64,000 nt of DNA. It comes from the human T2T-CHM13v2.0 reference genome, Homo sapiens. Location: the NCBI RefSeq assembly GCF_009914755.1, contig NC_060942.1; one strand, 5' to 3'. Positions 28,420 through 40,725 of the stretch are shown piece by piece. The translations under genes and the position numbers were made by a program. The notes under the pieces were generated by a model, which did no database searches, was not told the DNA's origin, and saw nothing but the letters and a program-made list of their open reading frames with translations. Each line of letters begins with the position of its first letter. The first letter of the stretch is position 1.

Positions 28420-29760
28420 AAAAATGATTGTCTTCTGTTTTTCAAATAGTTCACTTTATGTCAATATTTAGAAATATTACTCTCTTGTGTGGATGCACCA
28501 TGCTTTTAGTCAATCTAATACTGTTGATGGACATTTGGGTTGTTTCAAGTCTTCATTATTACATATAATGCTGGAATCAGTAGGCTATAATAAACATCTC
28601 TTCAGTTTTTGACAGTGTATCTTTGTGATAGTTTTCTAAAAGTGGGATTTGAAGATCAGAGCTTATGGGCGCATACTTTTTCTAGACATTGTCAAATTCC
28701 CTTCCACAAGTTGGTACCGTCTTATATTCCTATCAGGAGAGGGCTGTTTCTCCACAGCTTTCCTAATGCAGTGTGCTATGAAAGTTTGGAATTTTGCCGA
28801 TTTGAGACACGAGAGATAATATCTTAATGTAATTTTATTTTTTTTAACTTCATTTTCTTTCCAACTTTTATTTTAGTTTCAGGTGTACATGTGCAGGTTT
28901 GTACATGTGTAAATTGCATGTCTCAGGGGTTTGCTGTACAGATTATTTTGTCACCCAGGTGATAAAAATAGTACCCAATAGGTAGTTTTTCAATCCTCAC
29001 CCTCTTCCCAACCTCCACCCTCAAGCAGGCCCCGGTGCCTGTTGTTCATTTCTTTATGCCCATTTGTACTCAGTGTTTAGCTCCTACTTATAAGTGAGAA
29101 CACACAGTATTTGGTTTTCTGTTCCTGTGTTAATTTGCTTAGGATAATGGCCTTCAGCTCCAACCATATTGCTGCAAAGAACATGATCTCATTCTTTTTT
29201 ATGATTGAATAGTATTCCATGGTGTATATCTACCACATTTTGTACAACATTTTCTTTATCCAGTCTACAATTGATGGGCATTGAGGTTGATTTCATGCCT
29301 TTGGTACTGTAAGAACATATGCCTGTGTATGTCTTTATGGTAGAATGATTTATATTCCTTTGGGTATATATCCAGTAATAGGATTGCTGGGTTGAATGGT
29401 AGTTCTGTTTTAAGTTCCTTAGGAAATCTCCAAATTGCTTTCTACAGTGACAGAACTAATTTCCATGCCCGCTAGCAGTATATAAGCATTCTCTTTTTCC
29501 CCAACCTTGGCAGCATCTGTTTTGTTCTTTGTTTTTTGGGTTTTTTTACTTTTTAATAATAGTCACTTAATGTAATTTTATTTTGCATTTCTCTTATGAA
29601 GAAGAAGGTCAAGCACTTTTTCATAAGTTCAAGAGCCATTTACATCTTTTTTTCCATGAACTATTTCTTCATTTCTTTAGCTCATCCTTCTAGGGTTATT
29701 GGTTCCTTTGTTCTTTAATTTGAGAAACTATTCATATATTGGGGACAATACCTTTTGCAA
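28420..29760 (-). mobile_element. Old L1M remnant hosting a younger L1PA insertion
   Basis: gttgatggacatttgggttgtttc...agacattgtcaaatt; continues after the insertion as gcatttctcttatga...gcactttttcata. Confidence 0.65.
28842..29565 (-). mobile_element. 5'-truncated L1PA (about PA13-16) 3' end
   Basis: tacatgtgcaggtttg...tcacccagg...gtacccaataggtag...cttataagtgagaac; perfect 19-bp TSD cttaatgtaattttatttt at 28823-28841 and 29566-29584. Confidence 0.92.
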
Positions 29761-29804
29761 TGTCAGTCGTCAACAGACGTAAGTTTTCCCTAAGCCTACA
29801 AAAA

Positions 29805-30350
29805 GGCTGGTGTGGCTTTGACCAGGGTTGAAGCAATGGAGGTGGGAGTAGGGGTGGAATTCTGGAAAACCTTTGAAAACAGAGCCAAGACAATGTCCTG
29901 ATAGGTTAAAGGTGGGGTGTGTGTGACAGACAGAAAAGTCAAAAATGACTTCAACGTTTTGATTTAAGCATCGGGAAGCCTAGAGATGAAATGACGAATG
30001 CTGTGGGCGCAGCAGATTTTACAGGGAAGATTACAAGTTTAATCTTAGGCCTGCGAAGTTTGACATGTTCATCAGACCTCCATGTGGGGGTGTCAAGTAG
30101 GTTCAGCTGGAGATTAAAATTTGGAAAATTTCTCAACACAGAGATGGTATTTAAAATCTTGAGACTGGCTAAAATAACCCACTAAGTAAGGTAGAATAAA
30201 AAAGAGAAAGGGTCCAAGTACTGAGCTCCAGGGCCTTCGCACAGTAAGAGGCCAGGGAGAAGTGGAGGTGACATCAAAGAAGACTATGCACTTGTGGGGT
30301 AGGGAGAGAACCAATAGAAGGTAGAACAAATAAGAAAGTGTGTCCTCATC
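29805..30350 (-). mobile_element. L2 ORF2 (RT domain) remnant
   Basis: Minus-strand translations PWSSVLGPFLF...FKYHLC and LLDTPTWRSDEHVKLRRPKIKLVIFP echo the L2 RT motifs PQGSVLGP..YHLYADD and W....LKLN..KT. Confidence 0.85.
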
Positions 30351-30399
30351 TGTGTCTCAAAGACATACTCCCACGCTATTTCGCATTTACTTGATAGCT

Positions 30400-31030
30400 T
30401 CTCCTTGCACATTTAAATTTTTAACCTATCATGCACTCATCTTTATAAATAGTCTTAGGTAGGGATGCTGGCTTATATTTTTTTCTTCTGCATATGGCAA
30501 GCCAGTGTTGCCAACACTACTAGATAATCTCTTCTTTGCCCCAGTGATTTACAGCACTAATCATACTATACAATCATTTCCTGTATATTCATGGACATGT
30601 TTTTGAGCTCTCCACTCTATTCCATTGGTGTATTTGTCTGTTCTTGTGCCAGTGCAATGCTGTTTTGATAAACATGGCTTTGTAGTTTATCTTAACATCA
30701 GGTAGAGAAAGTTTCCCCTCTTTGTTCTTTTTCAAAGTTGATTTAGGTATCTCTGGATCTTTATTCTTCCAAAGGTTTATGAGGAAGTTTATCAAATTAC
30801 TCCCCAAAAATTCAATTTGAAAAGAATTGACATCTTTTTACATTTTTGTTTCAATCAGGAGCATGGAATACTGTTATATTGCATAAGATTATGGTCCATG
30901 TATTTTATTAGTCTTAAGTTTTGGTATAAAAAGAATTTTTTGATTAATTCTTGTACATTTTATCCATTTTTTCTATTGCAAATTATATTTTACTTTGTAT
31001 TACTTTTTTTGCTTGAATATGTAAGTTGAC
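30400..31030 (-). mobile_element. Old L1M ORF2 fragment
   Basis: ORF 30589-30807 ([42 protein letters not shown]) is homologous to the L1 ORF2 segment at 149-931. Confidence 0.82.
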
Positions 31031-31052
31031 CTTGTACATGGCAACACTGCTC

Positions 31053-31405
31053 TTTTTTTTAAAATTGTGGTAAAAAGCACATAATATAGCATTTACTATC
31101 TCAACCATTTTTAAGTATCCAATTCAACGGTCTTACAATATTCAAATAGTTGTGCACCACATCTCTAGAACTTTTTCATCTTGCAATACTGAAACTGTAT
31201 ACCCGTTGAACAACTCCCCATTTTCCCCTCCCCTAGCTACAATTCCACTTTCTGTTTCTATGTGTTTGACTACTTTAGATACCTTATATAAGTAAAATCA
31301 TGTAGTATTTGTCTCTTTGTGGCTGACTTATTTCACATAGCATAATGTCCTCAAAGATATGAATACTAATGTCCAGCAAGTTCATCCATGCTGCATCATG
31401 TTAAG
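31053..31405 (-). mobile_element. L1MB 3' end
   Basis: ttgtggtaaaa...caaccatttttaagt...ctctagaactttttcatcttgcaatactgaaact...gacttatttcacatagcataatgtcctc. Confidence 0.82.
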
Positions 31406-31521
31406 GATAAGGCATGGAAGAAACCCTACCCATTGGCTGGGTCTAACAACACCTGGCTAGCACAGTAAGTTATATCTGACGGAAAAGAAGATGACTAGAA
31501 AAATGGAAGAAGCATCTAGAG

Positions 31522-31730
31522 CAAAGCAGTCTAATAGAACTTTCTGCAATAATGAAAATTATCTGTAGCAGGTGCTATCCAATATGGTAGCCACTAGACG
31601 CAGATAGCTATCACTTAGCACGTGGTTAATGCAACTGTGAAATTAACTCAGTATCAGTTAAGTTTTATTAATTTGTATTTAAAATTAAATAGCCACCCAT
31701 GTCTGGTGTCTAGCATATTGGACAGCACAC
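31522..31730. mobile_element. MER3-type hAT MITE
   Basis: ctaatagaactttctgcaataatgaaaat...gtgctatccaatatggtagccactag...aatagccac...catattggacagcac. Confidence 0.82.
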
Positions 31731-32599
31731 TTCAAGAAGAAGCTCTGTATACTGATGAGCTCTGTATACTGTGAGGGCCTGTCTCTGGAAAGGTGGCTGA
31801 ACACAGGATCACTGCAGGGATCCCCCAGTGAGGCTGCCACAGTTCAAAGAAAAGGTGTGAGTTTACACTTTGTTGATTCCAGAGGAAATAACCCAGAATA
31901 GCAAAATTTATTTGGGGGCTGGAATAAAAGGCCTGATCTGTCTACCTGTATAGATCAATCCCCTAAGTCATAGGAGATGAACTGCGCTTAGATCAAAACC
32001 ATCTTCTTTCTGGAGCTTGTATTATTCTCCCAGGTAGAGCTGGATTCTCTCTTCTCTGTGTAGCAGTGCAGACCTCTACAGCTACATTTATTGCATAGCA
32101 CCAGAGTAAACAATTTCTTTGGCTGCCTTCCTTTAAGTTCCTTGAGGGCAGGGTCTGTTTTTATATCCCCAGAGACATAAACAATATAAGTGATTTATCA
32201 ATGTATATGACAGAAAAAGCAGAGGAAAATGTAAAGAAGGAGATATAGATGAAAAGAGGAAGGTAGAATGAAAGGAAGGGAGGGACAGATATCTCTGTAG
32301 GATTGCATAAAAATACTCTGGTATTAAAGATAGAACCTCCAGATTCTTACCTGTGTTCATTCCTCTATGTCATGTTAGAATCTTCTATTAAAGATCCTAA
32401 AAGGACTCTTAGGACATGACCACAGTGTCACTGTTTTGAGTTATGGAACATCATTTGACCACAAGATTTTCCTTTTCTTCAGTAGCTCAGAAATTTATCT
32501 CTAACAGCACACATAGTTGGAACATCAGGAAGTTGTGTCTTAAAACATAGGTGTAGCTAAAGAACAAAGAGATAAAGGCGATTTCTCTGAAGTGATCAG

Positions 32600-33590
32600 C
32601 CAGTACTGAAGTGACCCATCATTAAGATCAAAAAGCTGGATACTCAAGTGAAAATTAAATGGTCTAAAGTCTGGAGGACTCTGTGAAGCTGATGAACACG
32701 TCTAATAGTGGTAAAAGACTGAGATGAGAAGACAAAGAGACAGGCAGAGGTTTCAGAGATTGAACAGGGCTGAGTGTGGCCAGAAAAGTGTGCCACTGAA
32801 ACAAAAACAGGGCAAACATATTCTGGAGTTGTCAGAGGAAAAATGAGTATAGAAGGCGATTAGAGGAATTATCTGAAATACACTGAGGATGCCTATTATG
32901 ACGGTTAGTAGAAATTAAAAGCACAAGTCAGAAAGCAAATCCTGTGGTGTGGGGGATAGAGTGGTGATGACTTACCAGATAACAATAAGGCTTAGTGTAG
33001 AAGATAATCCGGAAGGATGCAGTACTTCTCCAAACAGATGGAGATTTTCTGCAAGGGTAGAAGAATAATGAGAGTGGCAATGAAGGTCAAAGAACATGCT
33101 GCGGTCCTCTCTTTTCCTCTCCTAAGTCACTTGGGCTCCAGGGAGTGAACAACCTCTGCTCTTTCCAGCCCCAGGAGAATCTGTGGCCCCAGGGAAAGCC
33201 AAACTTCAGTTAATGCAAGGAGTGTAGTGAGTATTCTTAGAAGACATCCAGGCAGAAGAGGAGGAAATGGAAGAAAGCCCAGTCGAGGTTGGAAATAAGA
33301 ATGGTGAAGATGGGTTCAAGGAACAAAGGGCAAAGAGTTTTGTAAAGTGGAGCTCCTGTCATGGAGCAGGAGGAAATGCATCTGGACAGATAGTCTGATG
33401 ACGGTGCCTGGGCAGCCTTGAACTCTGAGTTGAATTCTACAGCCAGCAATGAGCACTCTTCCGGCAGCCTCCAAGTAGGTGATTAATGTGGCAAAAGCTG
33501 ATGTTTCAAAAAAAAAAAAAAAAAAAAGGTTTGGAGTGCTGGGCAGGATGAATGAAATAAGAAAGAAATTTGAATCGAGGATTTGTCCCT
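32600..33590 (-). mobile_element. Diverged L2 ORF2 region (a short + strand L2 3' end lies at ~32020-32215)
   Basis: Purine-rich reverse L2-like sequence; gttccttgagggcagggtctg...tttatcaatg L2 terminus upstream. Confidence 0.55.
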
Positions 33591-33984
33591 CCTGGGGCCT
33601 GTGAAAACCCCATTTGACCTCGTACACCAGATTTACAAAAGAAGAGCCTATGGAGCTGTTATCTTTAACATCTTCAATACACTAGATGTGGCTTGAGAAG
33701 GCATTGGTTAGGCTCCTCTGAATGGAATCAATTGTTTCTGACCATCTGAGTGTTTGAGGGCAGAGCAGTAGATCATCCAGTGAAGTGATCCGTCAACCCA
33801 GACAGCTTAACATCTGAATTACGATGCATGGCCTGATGGGTCACTGCAGTCATTGTCCAGCACGCAACCTTCTAACAGCCAAGTTAACACAGCACATAGC
33901 CATGGCATCTGCCTTAAAAGCCTGGAGTGGAGAAAAGGAGTCCTGGCACAGGTCAGTGTCGAGGTGAAACCTTTTATCTTCATC

Positions 33985-34153
33985 CTGTCACATTATTTGT
34001 CATTTCCATATGGGCCACTGACAGCTGTCAGTCAAGTAAAGCTTACCCTGCCGCTGGCAATCTCAAGGCATACAAAAAAGAGACTAACGAAAGCCTGTCT
34101 TAATTAGGTGATAATTAAACATTCCAGCCAGAAACCTCCAATCAATCTGACAG
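33985..34153. promoter_or_regulatory. Candidate enhancer with clustered TALE-homeodomain (MEIS/PKNOX/TGIF) sites
   Basis: 16-bp perfect palindrome ACTGACAGCTGTCAGT at 34017-34032, CTGTCA at 33985, TGACAG at 34148, plus TAAT and GATA motifs nearby, in non-repeat sequence. Confidence 0.45.
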
Positions 34154-34318
34154 AACACACCCGTTCAAAACATGGTTTTGCAGCGATATTCCAACAGACT
34201 GATAAGGTTTTGCCTCTCTGGGAATTAAAAAAAAAAAAAGTTCAAGGTTCATCAAGTATTTTGCAGATTTGACGTGAGGATTAAGCAGGAATAAATATAC
34301 CTAAAGGGAATCAAGAAA

Positions 34319-34546
34319 CGGGGAGCGTCCCTAGGGAACTGCATTCCTCTCCTCCTGCGAAGACAGTCAGGTTACAACCAGCACCCAGAGGCGCAGTCTC
34401 AAAGGTGGAAAAGAAGCGAGAAAGGGCCTGCGTTCTGACAGTGCTGCGCATGCTCACGCCGTGCGCATGCTCAGAACGAATTACAATAGACGCGTTTCTC
34501 CCACGTTGCCTCGCTAATGGCGTGGATGGGTACAAGGAGCACTGCG
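34319..34546. promoter_or_regulatory. CpG-rich promoter-like element with tandem NRF1-type sites
   Basis: 17 CpGs in ~230 bp within a CpG-depleted window; TGCGCATGCTCA at 34445-34456 and 34462-34473; TCCCTAGGGA at 34328; GTTGCC and AATGGCG motifs at ~34505-34522. Confidence 0.65.
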
Positions 34547-34701
34547 TGTGTACCTGTGAGCCTCAGCTCCTTCTAATTTAGTGACAGAGCTACCATTCTC
34601 ATCTCCACATAGTATCTCCTGAGTAACTGTCCAGATCTCAGGCGGCTTAACTCCCACTAAGCCCCGAAGAGATAGATTTTCTATTTTTTAAAACGCAAGC
34701 C

Positions 34702-34711
34702 CCTATAAAGG
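34702..34711. promoter_or_regulatory. Perfect CArG box overlapping a TATA-like sequence
   Basis: CCTATAAAGG fits CC(A/T)6GG and contains TATAAAG; ~160 bp from the CpG cluster. Confidence 0.3.
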
Positions 34712-36184
34712 GATAGACGGTGCTTCTTTTAAAGAGCTTTTAAATATTATTAAACTCAAATTTTCCTCTCTAGCAGGTTCATGGCATGTAGAGTTAAATA
34801 TAGAAAGAGCGTTTGCACAAAGCCTGTATTTGATTAGTTCCCTTCTTAACTGATATAATTAAATATTGAATTGACCCAGAGTGCTGAATATTACTTTCTG
34901 GTGGGACCTGTGCCACCAAATACCTAAAAGCCTTTAGTTGTTTCTTTGCTGCAATGGATCAAATTAAGCTGCAGTTCCCCAGGCCTCATTTGACCTAAAA
35001 CTGTTTTAATGCTGAAATGCTTTTCCAGGTATCTTGCCAGTTGCCGTTGATCTAAGACTTAATGAGACATCACTTGGGGTTCCAGCAGCAGCCTGTATGG
35101 GGCTGAACAGTCTAACAGTGGGGCACTTCTGGAAAAAATTCCTAAGTTCTATTTCTATTTTATAGCTATCACCAATACACAAACACACATGCCCCACCAC
35201 CCCCAAGAGGGAGGCATTACTTGTAGTACTGGTGTTATTCCTTAGAAATCTTACTACAAGGAACTTAGACATTTTATCTTTACAGCTAAACTCTAACATT
35301 AAGAGGCAAATTAAAAAGAGGAAAACTAAAGCCTCTGATGAGCTGGGAGTCAAGGACATCAAGATAGGAGATCCATTAGACTAGAAGTTTCCCATACCAT
35401 TCAACTCAGGCAGTTTCTGTAGAACCACTCACAAAGATTTAACAATTTTCACCAACCTTATGAAGAGTTGCATAACTCCACTTCTTCCTCTTCATGTTCA
35501 GTTTTTCAGGGTTTCCTCCTTTGTTTCTTCTGAGATAAGAACCCAATATCCAATTCTTTAATTTGCCATTCTCAAACAAAAGCAACCACATTTTCAGTCA
35601 ACTTCAAAAGTATTTTGATGTCACTGTTACGACTCAGTGTGTTTTCCTCTCTTCATGTGATTGAAATCCCTTTGTAAACTCTGAGAAAACTTGTTCTGAA
35701 TTTTTTAAGAGGTTCAGCATGTTCAACCAGAAAACTTGTTCGTGCAGAACAGGAGTACATACCTCGAAGCTTCTGTTTCTAAGAGTTTATTGCTGGCTGA
35801 AGTAAAGGTTCTGATGGCCAGGATCAAATCATTCACCAAGGACACTGAGTGGTTTCTATTGCTGAATCTTGCACTTTGCTTCCCAAATAAAGTGTTTCCA
35901 CCCGAAAGACCATTTTTAAGGGGCTGCTTCACTGTCTCTTCCTCCCACGCTAATTAATTTTTGGTTTCTAAGTCCTTAGTGTTTCTGCATTTGAATACTT
36001 CACCAAAAAACAATTAATCTGCTTGTGTGAAGAAGTGCGGGTCTAAGTACACTCAGATTAATTATTTGCCAAAGACTCTTTCAAATTATCTCTATCCCTG
36101 GTCCCAGGTAGTTACTTATCTATAGGGGAGGTGGCATACCTAATTGTAATCCTGATAAATAAATATATGGTTTTGAAGTTTGCT

Positions 36185-36635
36185 GTTTGTACTGGTCATT
36201 TGCCTGTTGGCTGTCAGATCCATTCACACTTCCTTCCCTCGTTCTGCTCTGTAGAGAGCTAATCTCTACAAGTTATAATTCCCAGATGCTCTTGCTCACT
36301 GGCTTCCATTAAGGTTAAATCAATGGGCAGCACTGGTGGAAACTGGAGGGTGGGAGGGGAGAGCGGCCCACCTCCTCATCCCTCACGTAGTACCTCCAAC
36401 AGCTCCATCGTAGTTGCAGCCCATGTCGTGGTCCCAGCTCCCACCAGACTTTCTTCGTAGTTCTAGCTCCCACCTGTTAGTCAATCTGGACTCCCATCTT
36501 TTCCCTTTATGACCCTAAGAGTAGCAGCACCTCACCTATTTTCAGCCCCTCCAGCAACTCTATAGTGAATTACTTTTATTAAATTCCTTCAATTGAAATA
36601 TCTGGCTTGTGCTCTCTTTGGAACATTAGTAATAG
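36185..36635. mobile_element. LTR33-like ERVL LTR
   Basis: tgtactggtcatttgcctgttggc...cagatccattc...ctggcttcc...caatgggcagcactgg...attaaattcc pattern. Confidence 0.6.
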
Positions 36636-37711
36636 AGTTTTATTAATTCCACAATTTAAAAATGTTTTAATAGTTACAATTTAGAAAGCAGGTATAGAGT
36701 AAAAAATAGAAATCAATACCACTAAACACATACAGAGAAACATTTCCCTGTGCAGCAGGAAGGAGTAAATTATGCCATGAGGAAACACAAGCAATGTGGA
36801 TGAGCTGGCCATCTTTGTTTGTAAACGAGGAACACAGGCTGAGAATGCCCAGCCACACATGCCATCAGCAGTGGCACCAGTGAGAGAGCCCAGATCTTCT
36901 CCAGCTCTAGCTGATGGGTACTTTGATTATAAAAAGTATGTCCACATTGAGAGCACAACGGAGAATTCAGATAAGTTTCCTGATAACCTAGTCATTAGAG
37001 CCTTTGTTCCGGTCATTTCATTGATGACCAAATGTTAGCAACCAACTATAATTTTATAGGCTAGAGTTTTCTAAATTCAGCCACAAAGTGCAACCACATT
37101 GATATATAATCTCTGGATTATGCATCCAGGGAGCCTATTTTCCTGGGAGTTACTAGATATTTCTTTCTTCCTCTCTGCTAAAATTAATACCATATCTGAA
37201 ACAGAGAAGGGGATTAAAAATCACTTGCCTTAATTTTTAAATTTTTAATTATGACTTTAAAAACACATAAAATTTATTATCTTAACCATTTTAAGTGTAC
37301 TTAACTGTACACTTAAATAGTGTTCAGTATGTGTTATCAGATATATAATTCAGTATATCTTATCAGATATATACTTCAGTAGTGTTAAGTATGTTCACAT
37401 TTTTGTGCAAGCAAGTTCCAGAACTCTTTATCTTGAAAAGCTGAAACTCTGTACCATCAAACAATTCACCATTCCCTGCCTCCCCCTAGCCTCTAGTAAC
37501 CACCATTCTAATTTCTCTTTATGAATTTTTCTATTTTAGGTACTTCATATAGGTAGAGTCATACCATATTTTTTTGTGTGTGACTGGTTTATTTCACTTA
37601 GCATAATGTCCTCAAGGTTAATCTATGTTGTAACATTTGTCAGAATATCCTTCCTTTCTCGAAGCTAAATGGTATTCCATTGTATGTATATACGACTTTT
37701 TGATTATCCAT

Positions 37712-38127
37712 TGATATTGTTTGGATGTGTGTCCCTTTCAAATCTCATGTTAAAATGTAATCGCCAATGTTGAAGATGTGGCCCAGCGTAAGGTGTTTGG
37801 GTTATGAGGGTGAATCCCTCATGAATGTCTTGGTGCTGTTCTCGTGACAATGAGTGAGTTCTCACTCTGAGTTCACATGAGATCTGATTGTTTAAAAGAG
37901 TGTGGCACCTCCCTTTATTGCTCCTGCTCTTGCCATGTGACATGCTTACTCCCCAACTGGCCTTCTGCCATGATTGTATGCTTCCTGAGGCCCTCACCAG
38001 AAGCCAAGCAGATGTTGGTGCCATACTCGTACAGCCTGCAGAACCACGAGCCAATTAAACCTCTTTTCTTTATAGAGTACCCAGTCTCAGGTATTTCTTT
38101 ACAGCAACACAAGAACAGGTTAACACA
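37712..38127 (+). mobile_element. MSTB-type solo LTR
   Basis: tgatattgtttggatgtgtgtccc...aagcagatgttggtgccat...cagcctgcagaacc...gagccaattaaacc...taacaca. Confidence 0.9.
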
Positions 38128-38783
38128 TCCTCTATGCATCAATGGATATAAATGGGTTCCTTATACCTCTTGGCTATTGTTAATAGTGTTGCAACAAACA
38201 CAGGCATTCAAATATCTCTTTGAAACCCTGATTTTAATTCTTTAGGTATGCATCCAGAAGTTGAGTTGTTAGAACATATGGTAATTCTATTTTTGATTTT
38301 TTGAGGAATTTCTATGCTGTTTTCCATAGTGGCTGCAAAATTTTACATTCCCATCAATAGTGCACAAGGGATCCAGTTTCTTCATATCCTCACCAACACT
38401 GTTTTTCTCTGTTTTGTTTTTGCTTTTTGATGGTATCCATCCTAAGGGGTATGAGGTGCTATCTCATTACAGTTTTAAATTTTTGTTTCTCTAATAATTA
38501 GTGATGGTGAACATCTTCTGGTATGGTTCTTGGCCAGTTGTATATTTTCTTTGGAGAAATATGTCTGTTCAAGTCCTTTGCCTACGGTTTAATTTGCTGT
38601 TTGTTTTTTTTTTTTGCTGTTGTTCAGTTGTAGGAGTACTTTATATATTATGGATATTAACCCCTTATCAGATATATGATTTGTAAATATTTTCTCCCAT
38701 TCCATGAGTTGCCTCTGTTGATAGTGGAGCCGTTTTTATGTGAGGTGTTTTGTTGTTGTTGTTGTTGTTGTTGTTGTTTTTAA

Positions 38784-39420
<637 letters not shown>

Positions 39421-39939
39421 TGTTTTGCATTTATTTTGTAGATGATGTAAGGTGTGGGTCTAATTTTAATCTTTTACATGTAGATATCTAGTGTTCACAG
39501 CCCCATTTGTTGAAAAGACAGTCTTTCCCGAATAAATGGCCTCGACATCTTGTCAAAAGTCTCTTGGACATAAAAGTTAGCATTTACTTCTGGGCTCTGT
39601 ATTTTATATTTTATTCTATTTATTTATATATCTATCTTTATGCCAGTTCCACACTATTTCGATCACTGCATCTTTGTAATAAGTTTTGAAATCAGGAAAT
39701 GTGAGACATGAAACTTTGTTTTTATTTGTTAAAATTATTTTGGCTATGCAGTGTCCCTTGAGATTCCATATGAATTTTAGAATGTTTTTCTCTATGTCTG
39801 CAAAAATACCATTGGGCCTTGCCTTAATTTATCGCTTACTATTAAAATTATTAAACACTGTTCAAAATCCAGCTTTAATCCACCACCTTCAGAAGCTTTT
39901 CATGACCTTCCAACCTTCTGAAACTGTGATAATATTGTA

Positions 39940-40725
39940 TTAATATATTTTGCCTTAGCTGTTGCACAGGCAAATCAATGATTTAACACAAAAGTTTATC
40001 TCTGGCTCACATCACAGTCTAAGGCAGTGTCTTAGTCCATTTTCTATTGCTATAGCAGAATAGCTGACACTGAATAATTTGTAAAGAAAATATTTTATTT
40101 AGCTCATGGGTTTGGAGGCTGGGAAGTACAAGATTGGGTGGTTGCATCTGTTCAGCTTCTGGTGAGGGCCTTCTGCTGCATCATAACATGGCAGAAAGCA
40201 TCACAGGACATGAAAGCTGTTTGAGAGACAAGCTGGATTTTATAACAAACCCACTCTAGTGATAACTAACCCACTCCCATGATAACTCATTAATCAATTA
40301 ATTCAGGAATGGGTTAATTCATTAATAAGGGCTCTGCCCAACCATCTCTTAGATGCCCCACCTCTTAATAGTGTTACATGGGGAATTCAGTTTCAACACA
40401 CGTTTCAAAGGAGGCAAATATTCAAACCATAGCAGGTAAGTTGAGGGCCTTTACAGGGCCCCACTCCTCCAAGTGTTGACTCAGACATTCAGGATGCTTC
40501 TATCTCATTAGGTATGCAATTAAGGACACATGATCACCCAGTTTGCCCCAGCGGAGGAAGAGCAAGATAGAGACACACTGGTTATTAAAGCCTCCACCTG
40601 GATGATACACACAAAACTCTATTCACATTTTACTGACTAACAGTAGTCACTTGGCCCCTTAACTGCAGGGGAAGCTGAGGAATGTGTAAGAGTGTTTCAT
40701 TTGGTGAATACTGTTGCTGACACAA
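39940..40725 (-). mobile_element. Old MLT1-type LTR interrupted by an MST LTR
   Basis: gatttaacacaaaagtttatctctggctcac... resumes as tgactcag...attcacattttactg...agtcac...aactgcaggggaagctgaggaatg. Confidence 0.55.
40028..40434 (-). mobile_element. MST (MSTC/B2-like) solo LTR
   Basis: tgtcttagtccattttctattgctata...ttctggtgagggcc...ccccacctcttaata...ttcaaaccatagca. Confidence 0.85.
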
